64,000 bases of DNA, taken from NCBI RefSeq assembly GCF_006345805.1, contig NC_042997.1, positions 54,374,001 to 54,438,000 on the forward strand. The letters are read 5' to 3'. The notes below the pieces were generated by a model, which saw only the letters and a list, made by a program, of their open reading frames with translations, was not told where the DNA came from and ran no database searches. Position numbers and translations under genes: made by a program. Below are positions 41,118 to 48,732 of the stretch, one piece after another. The stretch comes from Octopus sinensis (Eukaryota). How positions within the stretch are numbered: position 1 is the first letter of the stretch; each line of letters opens with the position of its first letter.

Positions 41118-44100
41118 CTCTCTCTCTTTCTCTCTCTCTCACACATTTTTATTCAATTGGGCTGCTGAAACAATCATGTTTTTCTGTAACAGTAGCAACA
41201 GATTTCATCTCAACATGCAGTTGGCAGTAAGTACATGCAACTGACAAAACCCAACAATGCAGAAATGCACATCTAGCATTCTCATCTACCACTGCCGGGC
41301 AATTTTTACCTACTACCAAAATAGTTTGTGCTTTTAAGCATAGCACATTCATAAGATATACTATCTCCAGATAAATACCACAGTTAATTTGCTTCTACAC
41401 CATGTATTTACATTAAGTATGATACAGAGATTGATATATATATATATGTATGTATATATATAAAAGTAACTATATGAAAGCATTATTGCTGTTAAAAACA
41501 GTAATAATGAGGCAGTTAGCAAGACTTCTACCATAATAGGTATAATAATAAATATTTGAATAAGAAAACGGTAAAAAAACGTTTACCAAAGATGAAAGTG
41601 AAAGCTTCAAAAAACCACCAATCCTATGATAAATGCACACATGGGCAATGCAATGAACCCTTTAAAAAATAGGCCTACCTTCAGGATGGAATTTGAAGAT
41701 AGTTTACATACCCCAATATCAATTGATTTCATGCTGTGCATGAGAAAACATGCTTTGCAATCTTCAGTTGGAGATAGCAACATCTATTTCCAAAATATTC
41801 ACTACGTCAACTCGTGTGCATTTTGAACTTCAAACATCTCGCTCCGTTTAAAGCGAAAACTATCGTAAACAATAAAAATGTAACTATATGAAAGCATTAT
41901 TGCTGTTAAAAACAGCAATAATGAGGCAGTTTTAAAGTGTTCATTGCATTACTCATGTGTGTATTTATCGTAGGATTGGTTGTTTTTTGAAGCTTTCGCT
42001 TTCATCTTTGGCAAGCGGTATTTTTACCCTTCTTTTATTCAAATATTTAATATTATAGTTATTAAGGTAGAAGTCTTGCTAACCACCTCATTATTGCTGT
42101 TTTTAACAGCAATAATGCTTTCTTATAGTTACTTTTTTATTGTTTATGATAGTTTTCTCTTTAAATGGAGCGGGATTTTTCAAGTTCGAAATGCACATGA
42201 GTTGATATAGTGAATATTTTGGAAATAGATGTTACTATCTCCAACTGAAGATTGCAAAGCATCTTTTCTCATGCACAGCATGAAATGAATTGATATTGGG
42301 GTATGTAACCTATCTTCAAATTCCATCCTGAAGGTAGGCCTACTTTTTTTAAAGTGTTCATTGCATTGCTCATGTGTGTATTTATCATAGGATTGGTGGT
42401 TTTTTGAAGCTTTCGCATTGATCTTTGATAAGCAGTATTTTTACCCTTCTTTTATTCAAATATATATATGATATGATATGATATGATATGCATATATATG
42501 GTAGTTTTTTTAATTTGATCCTTAATTTGGAGGTTTCATGTTTGATCTTTTTTTTTTGCTCCTGATGGAACAAGGCATTCAAGCTGTGATTATCCTGTTT
42601 TTTTTTTTTTTCATTTCAAACATAGTTTATCTAGAACTACAATACAGTGTGTACTTTTTTTAAGATGGTAGGATGTCATTTGAAGTAGATTTGGCTGCTA
42701 TTTCTTTTGGGTTGAATAATTGCTTAGATACTTTCTTGCTGTATTATTGCATTGTAGTTCAAGATGTAGAGACACTGGCATGTATAATGCTACTCAATTC
42801 CTAGATGTTGGCAGAGGCTGCACATGCCTGCTATTTCCACTGTTACTGATATATACCTCAAAATTGCAGTAATTCTCTTTATATTAATGCTTCAGATCCA
42901 CCATTAACCCTGAGAGTCTAGTCAATCATGAATTTCCTAGTTGCTTTAGGAGTAAATCTGAGGATTCAGTATTCATCTATATGTTCTTTGTTTTTTCTTT
43001 TCATTTGTCAAGTAGTTCTTCTGGTACAACATTTGCCTAAATTGTAAGATACAAACATTTTCAGGAAAATCAAAAATTTAGATTTCAAAAGATTGCTTAA
43101 ACAACTTTCTAAATCAGGAACTGAAATTCATAAATACTTTTAAACAAATTTCATTTCTATCAGCACATTTTTATGTCCACCCCCACCCCTCCATACACAT
43201 GCACATCATGACTCATACACTGTTCACTTTCCTGACTTTTGTACATAATTCTGTGTACTATACATGCACCTTTGATGTGTTGCAGTGCACCTGAGCACAA
43301 TAGACAATAATTTCATTATTATTATTATTATATAAAATCAGCCATAGAGAAAATTTGCTGTGTCAACACAGCTATATTGAATTATTCTTCATTCAGCATA
43401 TTTTAAAATTTCTATGATTATTTTATTGGCAGTTTAAGTCCTCAAGTCAAATCTTATCCAGGTCAGCTTTGCCTTTCATTTTCTGGGCTTGATAAAATAA
43501 ACATTTAGGTTGATTAAATCAACTACATCTGACCCACAAATTTTGTACCTTGTGCTAGTTTTGAATATCATTATTTTATCATCATTATTTCAGGCTTGTT
43601 TAATGGGAACAATACGAGTAAGCCGAGGATTTGGTGATCATGATCTTTATGTAATGTCTTCAAATATACATCTGAAGCCTTTTCTATCTTGTGTGCCTGA
43701 GGTAAGTAGTCATCTATTCAGATATTTACTCAATGTGGGGTTTTTTTTCTGTGGAGTTAAGAAAATAGAATATAAATATTTTACCTGAAAAGATGGATTG
43801 ATGCTGTGACCAAATGAAGGAAAGGTTTCTGCAACATCATGACTTCATATAGTGTTACTGATATTTAATTCTTCATGCACCTAAACATTTATGCACCTTT
43901 TTCCCTACAATTACTGGTACTGCTACATGTTTACCTTTCATTGTTTCACTGCATGGGGGCTGATAGGAAGTGTGGTCATATTCATCTTTTCCATCATTTT
44001 TGAGTTGCTTCGGATAACAATTGAACATTTTTTTGTTGTTCCTGGGAACATGGACCATATATTTACCTGTAAACCTGAGACATCTAACCCGCTTCTCTGT

Positions 44101-47100
44101 GTTGAACAAACTAAAGTCATTCTAATTAAAAATGCATGCCTTGTATTTAAGAAGCTTGCTTTGCAAATGTGTCTTCTACTATAGCCCTAGGCTGAAAGTA
44201 CTGGGGTTAGTTTGTTTGACTAAATCTTTCAAAGTAGTATTCTAGCATGGCTGCAGTCTAGTGACTGAAACATGTAAAAGATAATACTAATTGATGACTA
44301 ATAGTACTTCTTACATCTGACAACATTAGTAACATTGATGCAAGTACTCTTGTACCAACTTTTAAACTAGCAGCAGAAACAAAATTGTATTTCTTTTGAA
44401 TGCAACCATGTTCAGTTCAACCTTTTGTCCTGACCAAAAAAATGTCCTGTCAAGTCCATGTGGTGCATGTTGTACATCCTCTTCAATTTTTGGCCCTCCA
44501 GCCAACAAACTGCAGCTACTCCACTTGAACATCCTCTGCTGTTGCCAACCAATGCTTTTTTACTCTTTTTTACTGCCTTATTCTTTCCTGGGGGCACAAA
44601 AGCCACATGCAACTCCAGGCCAAACTTGGTGACTAGCTCCCTCAAGATTCCCAGGTAACACTTAATCACCATTTCCACAGCCCCTTTCATGCAAATCCTT
44701 TTTTTGGTTGATCACTGATGCCACTCATCTCCCTGCTGCACCGTGGCAGAATCAGTCCAAATCATGACAGCTCACAGTCCCCATCTCAGTGCTAGGTTCA
44801 TGCCCTTTAATACAGCATCCAGTTCAGCTACATTGATGTGGTTGTAGTTATTCTTCCTCTGCTCCACGCTCACAGCACGCAGTTCACCAGTCACCAAACT
44901 TTACTCCTGCTCTGCCAACAATCAAGCCACTCAAACATGTGATCACATCCATTCCAACCACTTTGTCAATGCCATCCACCACCTCACCAACTATAATCAC
45001 CCGTAGCTTCAATACTGACCCCTGTATCTCAAATTCCACTTCGCTGATACCCCTGTATTTGACCTTCCTGCCATCCACCACACCAAGACTGATTTTTTCC
45101 TCTCTAGCTTTTTACCATTCTTGTGGTTACTAGGGTGGCTGTGCAACTTGTATCCACAAGGGCTTGTACTTCCCTCGACCCCACCAGAAGCCTTACTACA
45201 GGTGACGATCAGTAGTGTGCCTTCAGTCAGTTGTGGTGGGAACTAGTGGTGCAGTAATTCCCTTCTCCTCATTTCCCTGCTTGCTGTAATTCACTATGTT
45301 CCCAGTTTGGGCACATTGGTAATGCACCACCATTGGTTTTGGTTCCATGCATTCCTTGACCATGTGCAGACCTTGACATCTAAAGCATGGTCCATTAGCC
45401 GTTTGTCTTACCATACTCTTGTTGCAAAACCATGTGATTTCAAAGTGAAAGTCTTGAACACTTGGACTGAAGATTTATCTTGCTCTTTAAAATTTTTTTT
45501 TTTTTTTACTTCCTGAGTCTGGAGAAAGGAGCAGTGTTCATTACCTTTGCTCTCCAAGACCAGTTAGCTTGATTCATTAATGTTCTATTTTAAACATTTG
45601 CCAATCAATAGCTTTAGGGAAGACATGGCCAGGAAATAGATTCCAGTGAGACAATGTTCTGGTAATAAAGGACTGGCCATAGTAGTTAGAGTAGAGTCTG
45701 AGGTTATTGGATGCAATAAGACTGGAAAAAGTAAAGAGACAAATGGTGGAGGGATGAGACCAGCCAGCTCATCCCATCACAGAACCCATCATAATATTAA
45801 CAGAAAAGACAGAGATAAGATACAGCTTGCCTATAGACCAGAACTTAAAGCATGCCTATTAGTGATTGAATGCCAATCAGTCAAGTGGCGTTTTATCTAG
45901 ATGCAGTCTATGATGTCAGTATGCAGGACCATCCAGGGCATAGGAACAGCACTCTATTGTAGATTTCGCTTAAAACTTATAGAGTATCAGCAGCTGTTAG
46001 TGACTGAAATATTTTCTAGCTCTTCTCTTCAGAGCCAGTCTTTGGGATGTGGTCCTAACTGTGCTAAGAATGTGCTTTTGCCAGAAGAAATCCTTGGTGA
46101 TAGTGAGGCCCAGCATATGGAGTGACTGCAATTGCTTGGGCTGAGTGCCACTCATGTTTTGGTGAAGGTATGGTGCAGAGGTGTTGCCATGAGTAGTGAC
46201 TAAGTGTTTTGTTATGAGAAAAAGATAAGGTTGGCATGCCAAAGTAATGGATGCTCTCAAGATATCTGCTTATGGAATCAATGCAGGCTTGGTATCTGGT
46301 ATCTAGGTTGTGTGTGGATCATGTTTGGTGGCGACAGATAAGGAAGAATGAAGGGTCATATTACCTGCTTAAGAGTAGGCAGTGTTAGATGTAACAGCAA
46401 GTATGCCATTGATGTATAGAAGGAAAAGAGTTGGGGACAAAACCAAATCAGGGGAACACCAGAGTTGATTGAGAGTGGGGCAAAAAGAGCTCTGTCAATA
46501 CATGATGTGGATAGGAAATATGGGTGGAACCCATATGCAGGAAGATTTGCTTGCAAGACACAGCCAAAGGCTTTGTTAATGTCTAGGGCAACAACATTGT
46601 TTTTCCTGAACTTCTCAAAAGTTAGAGCCTGCTGGTGAGTGAAAAAGATAGAGAAAGGTTGATGGTGTTGAAGAACATGATTGTTAATGGCTGTCCCCAT
46701 TGACTCAGAGATGTTAGAAGTGAGGTCCCTTGTTATACAACCCTGTCAATTGTAGTCTCATTTATTCTGAGAGGCAACTATTGAAACCAGTATGATCTAA
46801 ATTCTCTTTTATTTGCATCCACAAGAGGAGTTAAGCTTATCATTGAAAAACCAATAACACACATCAACAGTTTTATAATGTTGCTGCTGCTTACAATGAG
46901 GAACCATTCCACCATGTGATACTTAAGTACTGATAGTCAGACTGGATACACTTGGTGCTGGCTCTTAGGCACATTATCAGTTTCTGCTGAAGTTGACATT
47001 ACTGTCATCAGAATATTCCTTGGGTGAGCGCTAAGAGTACCATATGAGTGTGATCATTGCCAGAGCAACAAGCTGGCCCCTGTGCCGGTAGCATGTAAAA

Positions 47101-48732
47101 AGCACCATTTGAGCATGATCGTTACCTGTGTCGTCTAACTGGCACTTGTGCTGGTGGCACGTGAAAAAACATTCAAGTGAGGTCGTTGCCAGTCCCGCTG
47201 GACTGACTCCTGTGCAGGTGGCACATAAGGCCAGATCTAGCCAGTTTGAGCATAAAACGTGTAGAATATTCAGGACTGGATATGGATGGGTTAAAGGGAT
47301 ACAAACCACTGACTTCTCAACTACTTGTCAAAAATCTTTACATAAAACTTCTAATTTATCGGAGAGGAAAATAGAGATTTGTGTTGTTAGTTTTCTCAAA
47401 GGGTTGTAAATCAAGTGCTTCTAAATTAGGAATTAGAACTTAATTAAGGAACAAGTTACTGACACATCATGATGCTGGACACATATTTACAATTACAGCA
47501 CCAACCATTTCACTATTTGTATTTTTATCAAGTAATTCAATTAGAAAAAGTTATAAAGATTATTTTTCATAGCACTGTCCACTATAGCTGCTTATGCCAT
47601 AAAAAGTATTTTGATTACAGAAAGATACACGTGTTTTAAGACACTTTATATATATATATATTTTTTCCTTTAGGTACGAGTATATGATTTAAATGATTCT
47701 GAAATGTCTGATAATGACATTCTTTTAATGGGCTCAGATGGATTTTGGGATTTTGTATCTAATGAAGAAGCAGCTGAATATGTACGTAAAAGGATGTGTG
47801 AGCTGGAACAGACAGATGATAAGTAAGTGCATATAATTTCATTCAAATCTTCGAAGACCAAAGAATAACACTTGGACTTTGTTTAGGGGTTTATTTTCGG
47901 GGGTTTTTTTTGTTTGTTTGTTTGTTTTTTGCAATGGATTTATATTGATGTTTAACTGATTGATTTACTTCAATTTTAATTTGAAAAATATCACTTCTTA
48001 TTTGCATCATACATAACTTTCAAGATTTTAAATTACAGTATACATTAACCATGATGAGATAATTGAATGTGTCAGTATACCATTTTCGTAATAGAGAAAA
48101 AGCGATTTTTTTTATATAGCTGGTTTTAGTTACTGAATAGCAGTAATGTTGGTACAACACCTAGGGTTTTCGTAAATTATATCAATCCTGGTATTCTGCT
48201 GGCACTTATTTTACTAATTTCTTTTTGTCAAATGACAAATGACTTTAGTTTACTTAAGAAATTACCTCCCTTTAGGGAATCGTAAAAGTAATTTACACCA
48301 ACACACACACACACACACACACATAAATTCAGATTTCTTCATAGAATTTTAAATAATTTCATCATTATTTTTTGCATCCCATAAAAGGCACTATATTCTT
48401 TAGTTGAGAAGCATCATTAGGCATTGTTTTCAAAGGACCAGTACAAATAGGTTAGTTATCAATATTAGAAACGACACCCTTTTACCTAGAATATGTAAAT
48501 TATTTCGGTCTACATGTGTTATATTTTCTATTTCAACAGATTGGTGACAATTTCAAAAGAACTAGTTTTGAAAGCTCGTGGCGAAAGCAGTTCAGATTAT
48601 GCCTGGAAACGTAATTCTAAGCAACTAGGGTCCTATGATGACATTACAGTCTTTGTTATTCCCCTTGGACAATATATGCAAGAACGAAGTGCCAACGTGA
48701 CGCCACAGCCTGATGAAGTTACAGCTTTGTGA
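14707..48732 (+). CDS. PPM1H: PPM1H/PPM1J/PPM1M-subfamily protein phosphatase (PP2C), whole gene span, 11 coding exons, 508 aa
   Basis: Exons assembled by hand: 14707-15017, 30457-30625, 33268-33363, 33498-33617, 36791-36903, 37287-37371, 38134-38252, 39220-39283, 43594-43701, 47674-47822, 48540-48732; sum 1527 nt, open to TGA. Motifs: YPYTRPTFL, GYAEVINAGKS..NEDQ, FDGHGG, GGCTA, AGDSR, EFTPDTERQRIQ, SRGFGDHDL, KPFLSCVPEV, SDGFWD, GSYDDITVFVIPL. GYAEVINAGKS and EFTPxTERQR are typical of the PPM1H subfamily. The symbol indicates family, not proven orthology. Confidence 0.93.
16550..17560 (-). mobile_element. Highly decayed non-LTR retrotransposon RT fragment (CR1/Jockey-like; clade uncertain)
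   Basis: Reverse strand has DNRKAF (DxxKAFD relic) and LSLIHFLLHINDL (LSPxLFxxxINDL relic); similar to 45640-46720. Confidence 0.55.
18047..18265. mobile_element. piggyBac-type MITE, family A (TTAA target site, CCCTTTCGTTA terminal inverted repeat)
   Basis: TTAACCCTTTCGTTA...TAACGAAAGGGTTAA; interior shared with 22704, 28799 and 50542. Confidence 0.88.
18266..20150 (+). mobile_element. Decayed Gypsy/Ty3 LTR retrotransposon (gag, protease, RT start, integrase), interrupted by a SINE
   Basis: CGIENDRIQ (gag-like), PVFLKLGLF/ARxVPY-like RT start, HPDVSRMQTLVRCHV..PKMNRDIETYVRC (integrase zinc region), TVEKLRSVFATHDLP..NGSAFISDEF (integrase core). Confidence 0.75.
19173..19600 (-). mobile_element. 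SINE-like repeat with RTE-type tail and internal ~60-bp subrepeats
   Basis: (CAT)n TTAACGTCCGCTTTCCATGCTAGCATGGGTTGG...GGATGCCCTTCCTAATGCCAACCAC, then repeated TTTACGTGCCACC units. Confidence 0.85.
20480..22400 (-). mobile_element. Decayed LINE fragment with RNase H domain (I-group-like)
   Basis: Reverse strand: YTDASDSDNGVG (~20985-21025; YTDGS-type motif) and IIWIPSHTDIKG...ELAK (~20670-20735; WxPxHxGIxGNExADxLAK relic). Confidence 0.7.
20704..22363. repeat. Near-perfect ~826-bp direct tandem duplication (20704-21529 and 21530-22359)
   Basis: Identical ORFs at 20768-20962 and 21594-21788 (offset 826); TATC microhomology at all three junctions; only small indels seen. Confidence 0.95.
22704..22933. 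mobile_element. piggyBac-type MITE, family A
   Basis: TTAACCCTTTCGAT...AACGAAAGGGTTAA. Confidence 0.88.
23125..23490 (-). mobile_element. SINE-like repeat with RTE-type tail
   Basis: (CAT)n...GGCTGGATGCCCTTCCTAATGCCAACCACTCTGAGAGT...TTTTACATGCCACCGGCA subrepeats. Confidence 0.8.
23698..24035 (-). mobile_element. Gypsy-type integrase fragment
   Basis: HFVCARNL..EEVKRMIFTCCTCAEIKPRFY..KGPL..YLLTIVDEFSKFFFA: zinc-binding region plus the first catalytic Asp of the core. Confidence 0.8.
24044..24350 (-). mobile_element. N-terminal APE endonuclease relic of a LINE
   Basis: NWDVTTITGEEQELAKEAKCYWLDIANVSSTR resembles the WNVxTL..EL...LDI..lSETR start of LINE endonucleases. Confidence 0.6.
26798..27109 (+). 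mobile_element. tRNA-derived SINE with 15-bp target-site duplication
   Basis: A box TGGCCCAGTGG, B box GTTTCGATACC; TAGGTGTTCATTAAG at both 26783-26797 and 27110-27124; ends in a T run. Confidence 0.88.
27885..28033 (-). mobile_element. SINE 5-prime half, same family as 53617-53990
   Basis: CTACTTACCACACAGCCACTCCTGC is the reverse complement of the head at 53618; flanked by (TA)n/(CA)n. Confidence 0.82.
28799..29026. mobile_element. piggyBac-type MITE, family A
   Basis: TTAACCCTTTCGTTAC...GTAACAAAAGGGTTAA. Confidence 0.88.
29640..29942 (+). mobile_element. SINE-like repeat with RTE-type tail ending in (GAT)n
   Basis: GGTGGCACGTAAAAAGCACC subrepeats, GTGGTTGGCGTTAGTAAGGGCATCCAGC, CCATGCTAGCATAGAAAGCGG, (GAT)n. 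Confidence 0.85.
30457..30625 (+). CDS. PPM1H: PPM1H-like coding exon 2 (VINAGKSLNNEDQAV...AAEESK)
   Basis: Acceptor TTTCAG ends 30456; GA+A gives Glu, restoring GYAEVINAGKS; donor GTTAGT at 30626, phase 0. Confidence 0.9.
31019..31140. repeat. 122-bp mini foldback, possibly a small MITE
   Basis: TAGGTCTTAAT...ATTAAGACCTA terminal repeat plus inner GTCATATGTTATA/TATAACATATGAC pair. Confidence 0.6.
32068..32327 (+). mobile_element. SINE-like repeat with RTE-type tail ending in (GAT)n
   Basis: GTGGTTGGCATTAGGAAGGGCATCCAGCTGTAGAAACTCTGCCAGATCAGA...GTTAAACGATGATGATG. Confidence 0.85.
33268..33363 (+). CDS. PPM1H: PPM1H-like coding exon 3 (NKLEFTYFGIFDGHGGYGTAVMASQNLHIYLM)
   Basis: Acceptor TTGTAG; FDGHGG metal-binding motif; donor GTAAGT at 33364; 96 nt. 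Confidence 0.92.
33498..33617 (+). CDS. PPM1H: PPM1H-like coding exon 4 (KHLTKLL...LIIGALETSFFEM)
   Basis: Acceptor TTGCCAG; donor GTAAGC at 33618; 120 nt; LIIGALExxFxEM helix of the subfamily. Confidence 0.9.
33822..33859 (-). ncRNA. Minimal type I hammerhead-like motif with variant core, within a CpG-retaining repeat fragment (~33725-33915)
   Basis: Minus strand: UCUUU-CUGUCGA-A-GAGC-GUAG-GCUC-GAA-ACGU-A-AAAGA; 5-bp helix I, 4-bp helix II, palindromic ACGU helix III, GUA triplet; A6 replaced by U. Confidence 0.6.
33943..36078 (+). mobile_element. RTE-type LINE ORF remnant, truncated at both ends (APE C-terminus, RT with YADD, PHD-like insert), with stops and frameshifts
   Basis: SQIDYILAR and PQHKLVVSDF (APE); NYRGINLL, QFGFVPGKSTTDAIF, DMEKAFDRVPR, GVHQGSVLSPLLF, LLYADDLAL (YADD 35552-35563), KGRLYDACV. 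Confidence 0.93.
36791..36903 (+). CDS. PPM1H: PPM1H-like coding exon 5 (DDLIYQER...GGCTALV...LYVAQAGDS-R)
   Basis: Acceptor TTCCTAG; GGCTA and AGDSR motifs; donor GTAATT at 36904, phase 2. Confidence 0.92.
37287..37371 (+). CDS. PPM1H: PPM1H-like coding exon 6 (AVIIRKNDIVCMSQEFTPDTERQRIQQL)
   Basis: Acceptor TTTAAAG; AG+G gives Arg; donor GTATGG at 37372, phase 0. Confidence 0.92.
38134..38252 (+). CDS. PPM1H: PPM1H-like coding exon 7, flap region (ALDNPSLLQKEF...DLGKQVLCRTGYMKG-W)
   Basis: Acceptor TTTCCAG; donor GTGAGT at 38253, phase 2. Confidence 0.9.
39220..39283 (+). CDS. PPM1H: PPM1H-like coding exon 8 (SPKVITCDDIKPPLICGDGKQ)
   Basis: Acceptor TTTTTAG; TG+G gives Trp; donor GTAAGT at 39284, phase 0. 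Confidence 0.9.
39390..39790 (-). mobile_element. SINE-like repeat with RTE-type tail
   Basis: TTTAACATCCGTTTTCCATGCTGGCATGGGTTG...GGATGCCCTTCCTAATGCCAACCACTCC plus TTTTACGTGCCACC subrepeats. Confidence 0.85.
39843..40070. mobile_element. piggyBac-type MITE, family B (CCCTTTAGTGTT termini)
   Basis: TTAACCCTTTAGTGTT...AACACTAAAGGGTTAA; interior is the diverged reverse complement of 56344-56572. Confidence 0.88.
41052..41140. repeat. (CT)n microsatellite, ~89 bp; one of many (TA)n, (GT)n, (CA)n and (GAT)n tracts
   Basis: Directly visible. Other tracts at ~636-710, 15449-15501, 25825-25870, 27833-27884, 28107-28171, 31214-31274, 33686-33724. Confidence 0.95.
41711..41773 (-). ncRNA. Type I hammerhead ribozyme fold
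   Basis: Minus strand: CUCCAA-CUGAAGA-UUGC-AAA-GCAUG-UUUUCU-CAUGC-ACA-GCAU-GAA-AUCAAUUGAU-A-UUGGGG. Full CUGANGA/GAAA/UH core, 6-bp helix I, perfect 10-nt palindromic helix III, AUA triplet; U.U at the base of helix II is non-canonical. Confidence 0.72.
42239..42301 (+). ncRNA. Second copy of the type I hammerhead fold, helices partly mutated
   Basis: CTCCAA-CTGAAGA-TTGC...GCAT-GAA-ATGAATTGAT-A-TTGGGG; a C-to-G change breaks the helix III palindrome and GCATC disrupts one pair of the distal stem. Confidence 0.6.
43594..43701 (+). CDS. PPM1H: PPM1H-like coding exon 9 (ACLMGTIRVSRGFGDHDL...KPFLSCVPE)
   Basis: Acceptor TTTCAG; SRGFGD motif; donor GTAAGT at 43702; 108 nt. Confidence 0.92.
44390..45600 (-). 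mobile_element. Decayed LTR retrotransposon remnant: gag zinc knuckles, aspartic protease, RNase H-like segment; no RT seen
   Basis: CFRCQGLHMVKEC (CCHC), ALVDTSCTATLV (DTG-type), VVGMDVI, HINVAELDAVLKGMNLALRWGL, FVPPGKNKA. Confidence 0.72.
45640..46720 (-). mobile_element. Decayed non-LTR retrotransposon RT fragment (CR1/Jockey-like)
   Basis: VVALDINKAF and SINSGVP relics on the reverse strand; same type as 16550-17560. Confidence 0.65.
47030..47227 (+). mobile_element. Subrepeat-region fragment of the RTE-tailed SINE family, followed by a partial family-B MITE piece (47228-47295)
   Basis: GTAAAAAGCACCATTTGAGC and GGTGGCACGTGAAAAAAC units; AGGCCAGATCTAGCCAGTTTGAGCATAAAAC matches ~56490-56521. 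Confidence 0.7.
47674..47822 (+). CDS. PPM1H: PPM1H-like coding exon 10 (VRVYDL...LLMGSDGFWDFVSNEEA...)
   Basis: Acceptor CCTTTAG; SDGFWD metal-binding motif; donor GTAAGT at 47823, phase 2. Confidence 0.92.
48540..48732 (+). CDS. PPM1H: PPM1H-like last coding exon 11 (LVTISKELVLKARG...GSYDDITVFVIPL...TAL-stop)
   Basis: Acceptor TTCAACAG; DDITV motif; TGA at 48730-48732. Confidence 0.92.

Larger units (their letters stand above)
41461..42464. mobile_element. ~415-bp unit present as ~1.1 forward copies then ~1.3 inverted copies, one type I hammerhead per full unit (retrozyme-like or Penelope pLTR-like)
   Basis: TAACTATATGAAAGCATTATTGCTGTTAAAAACAG recurs at ~41467 and 41881; 41932-42464 is reverse-complementary to the forward part; hammerhead folds at 41711-41773 (-) and 42239-42301 (+). 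Confidence 0.8.
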
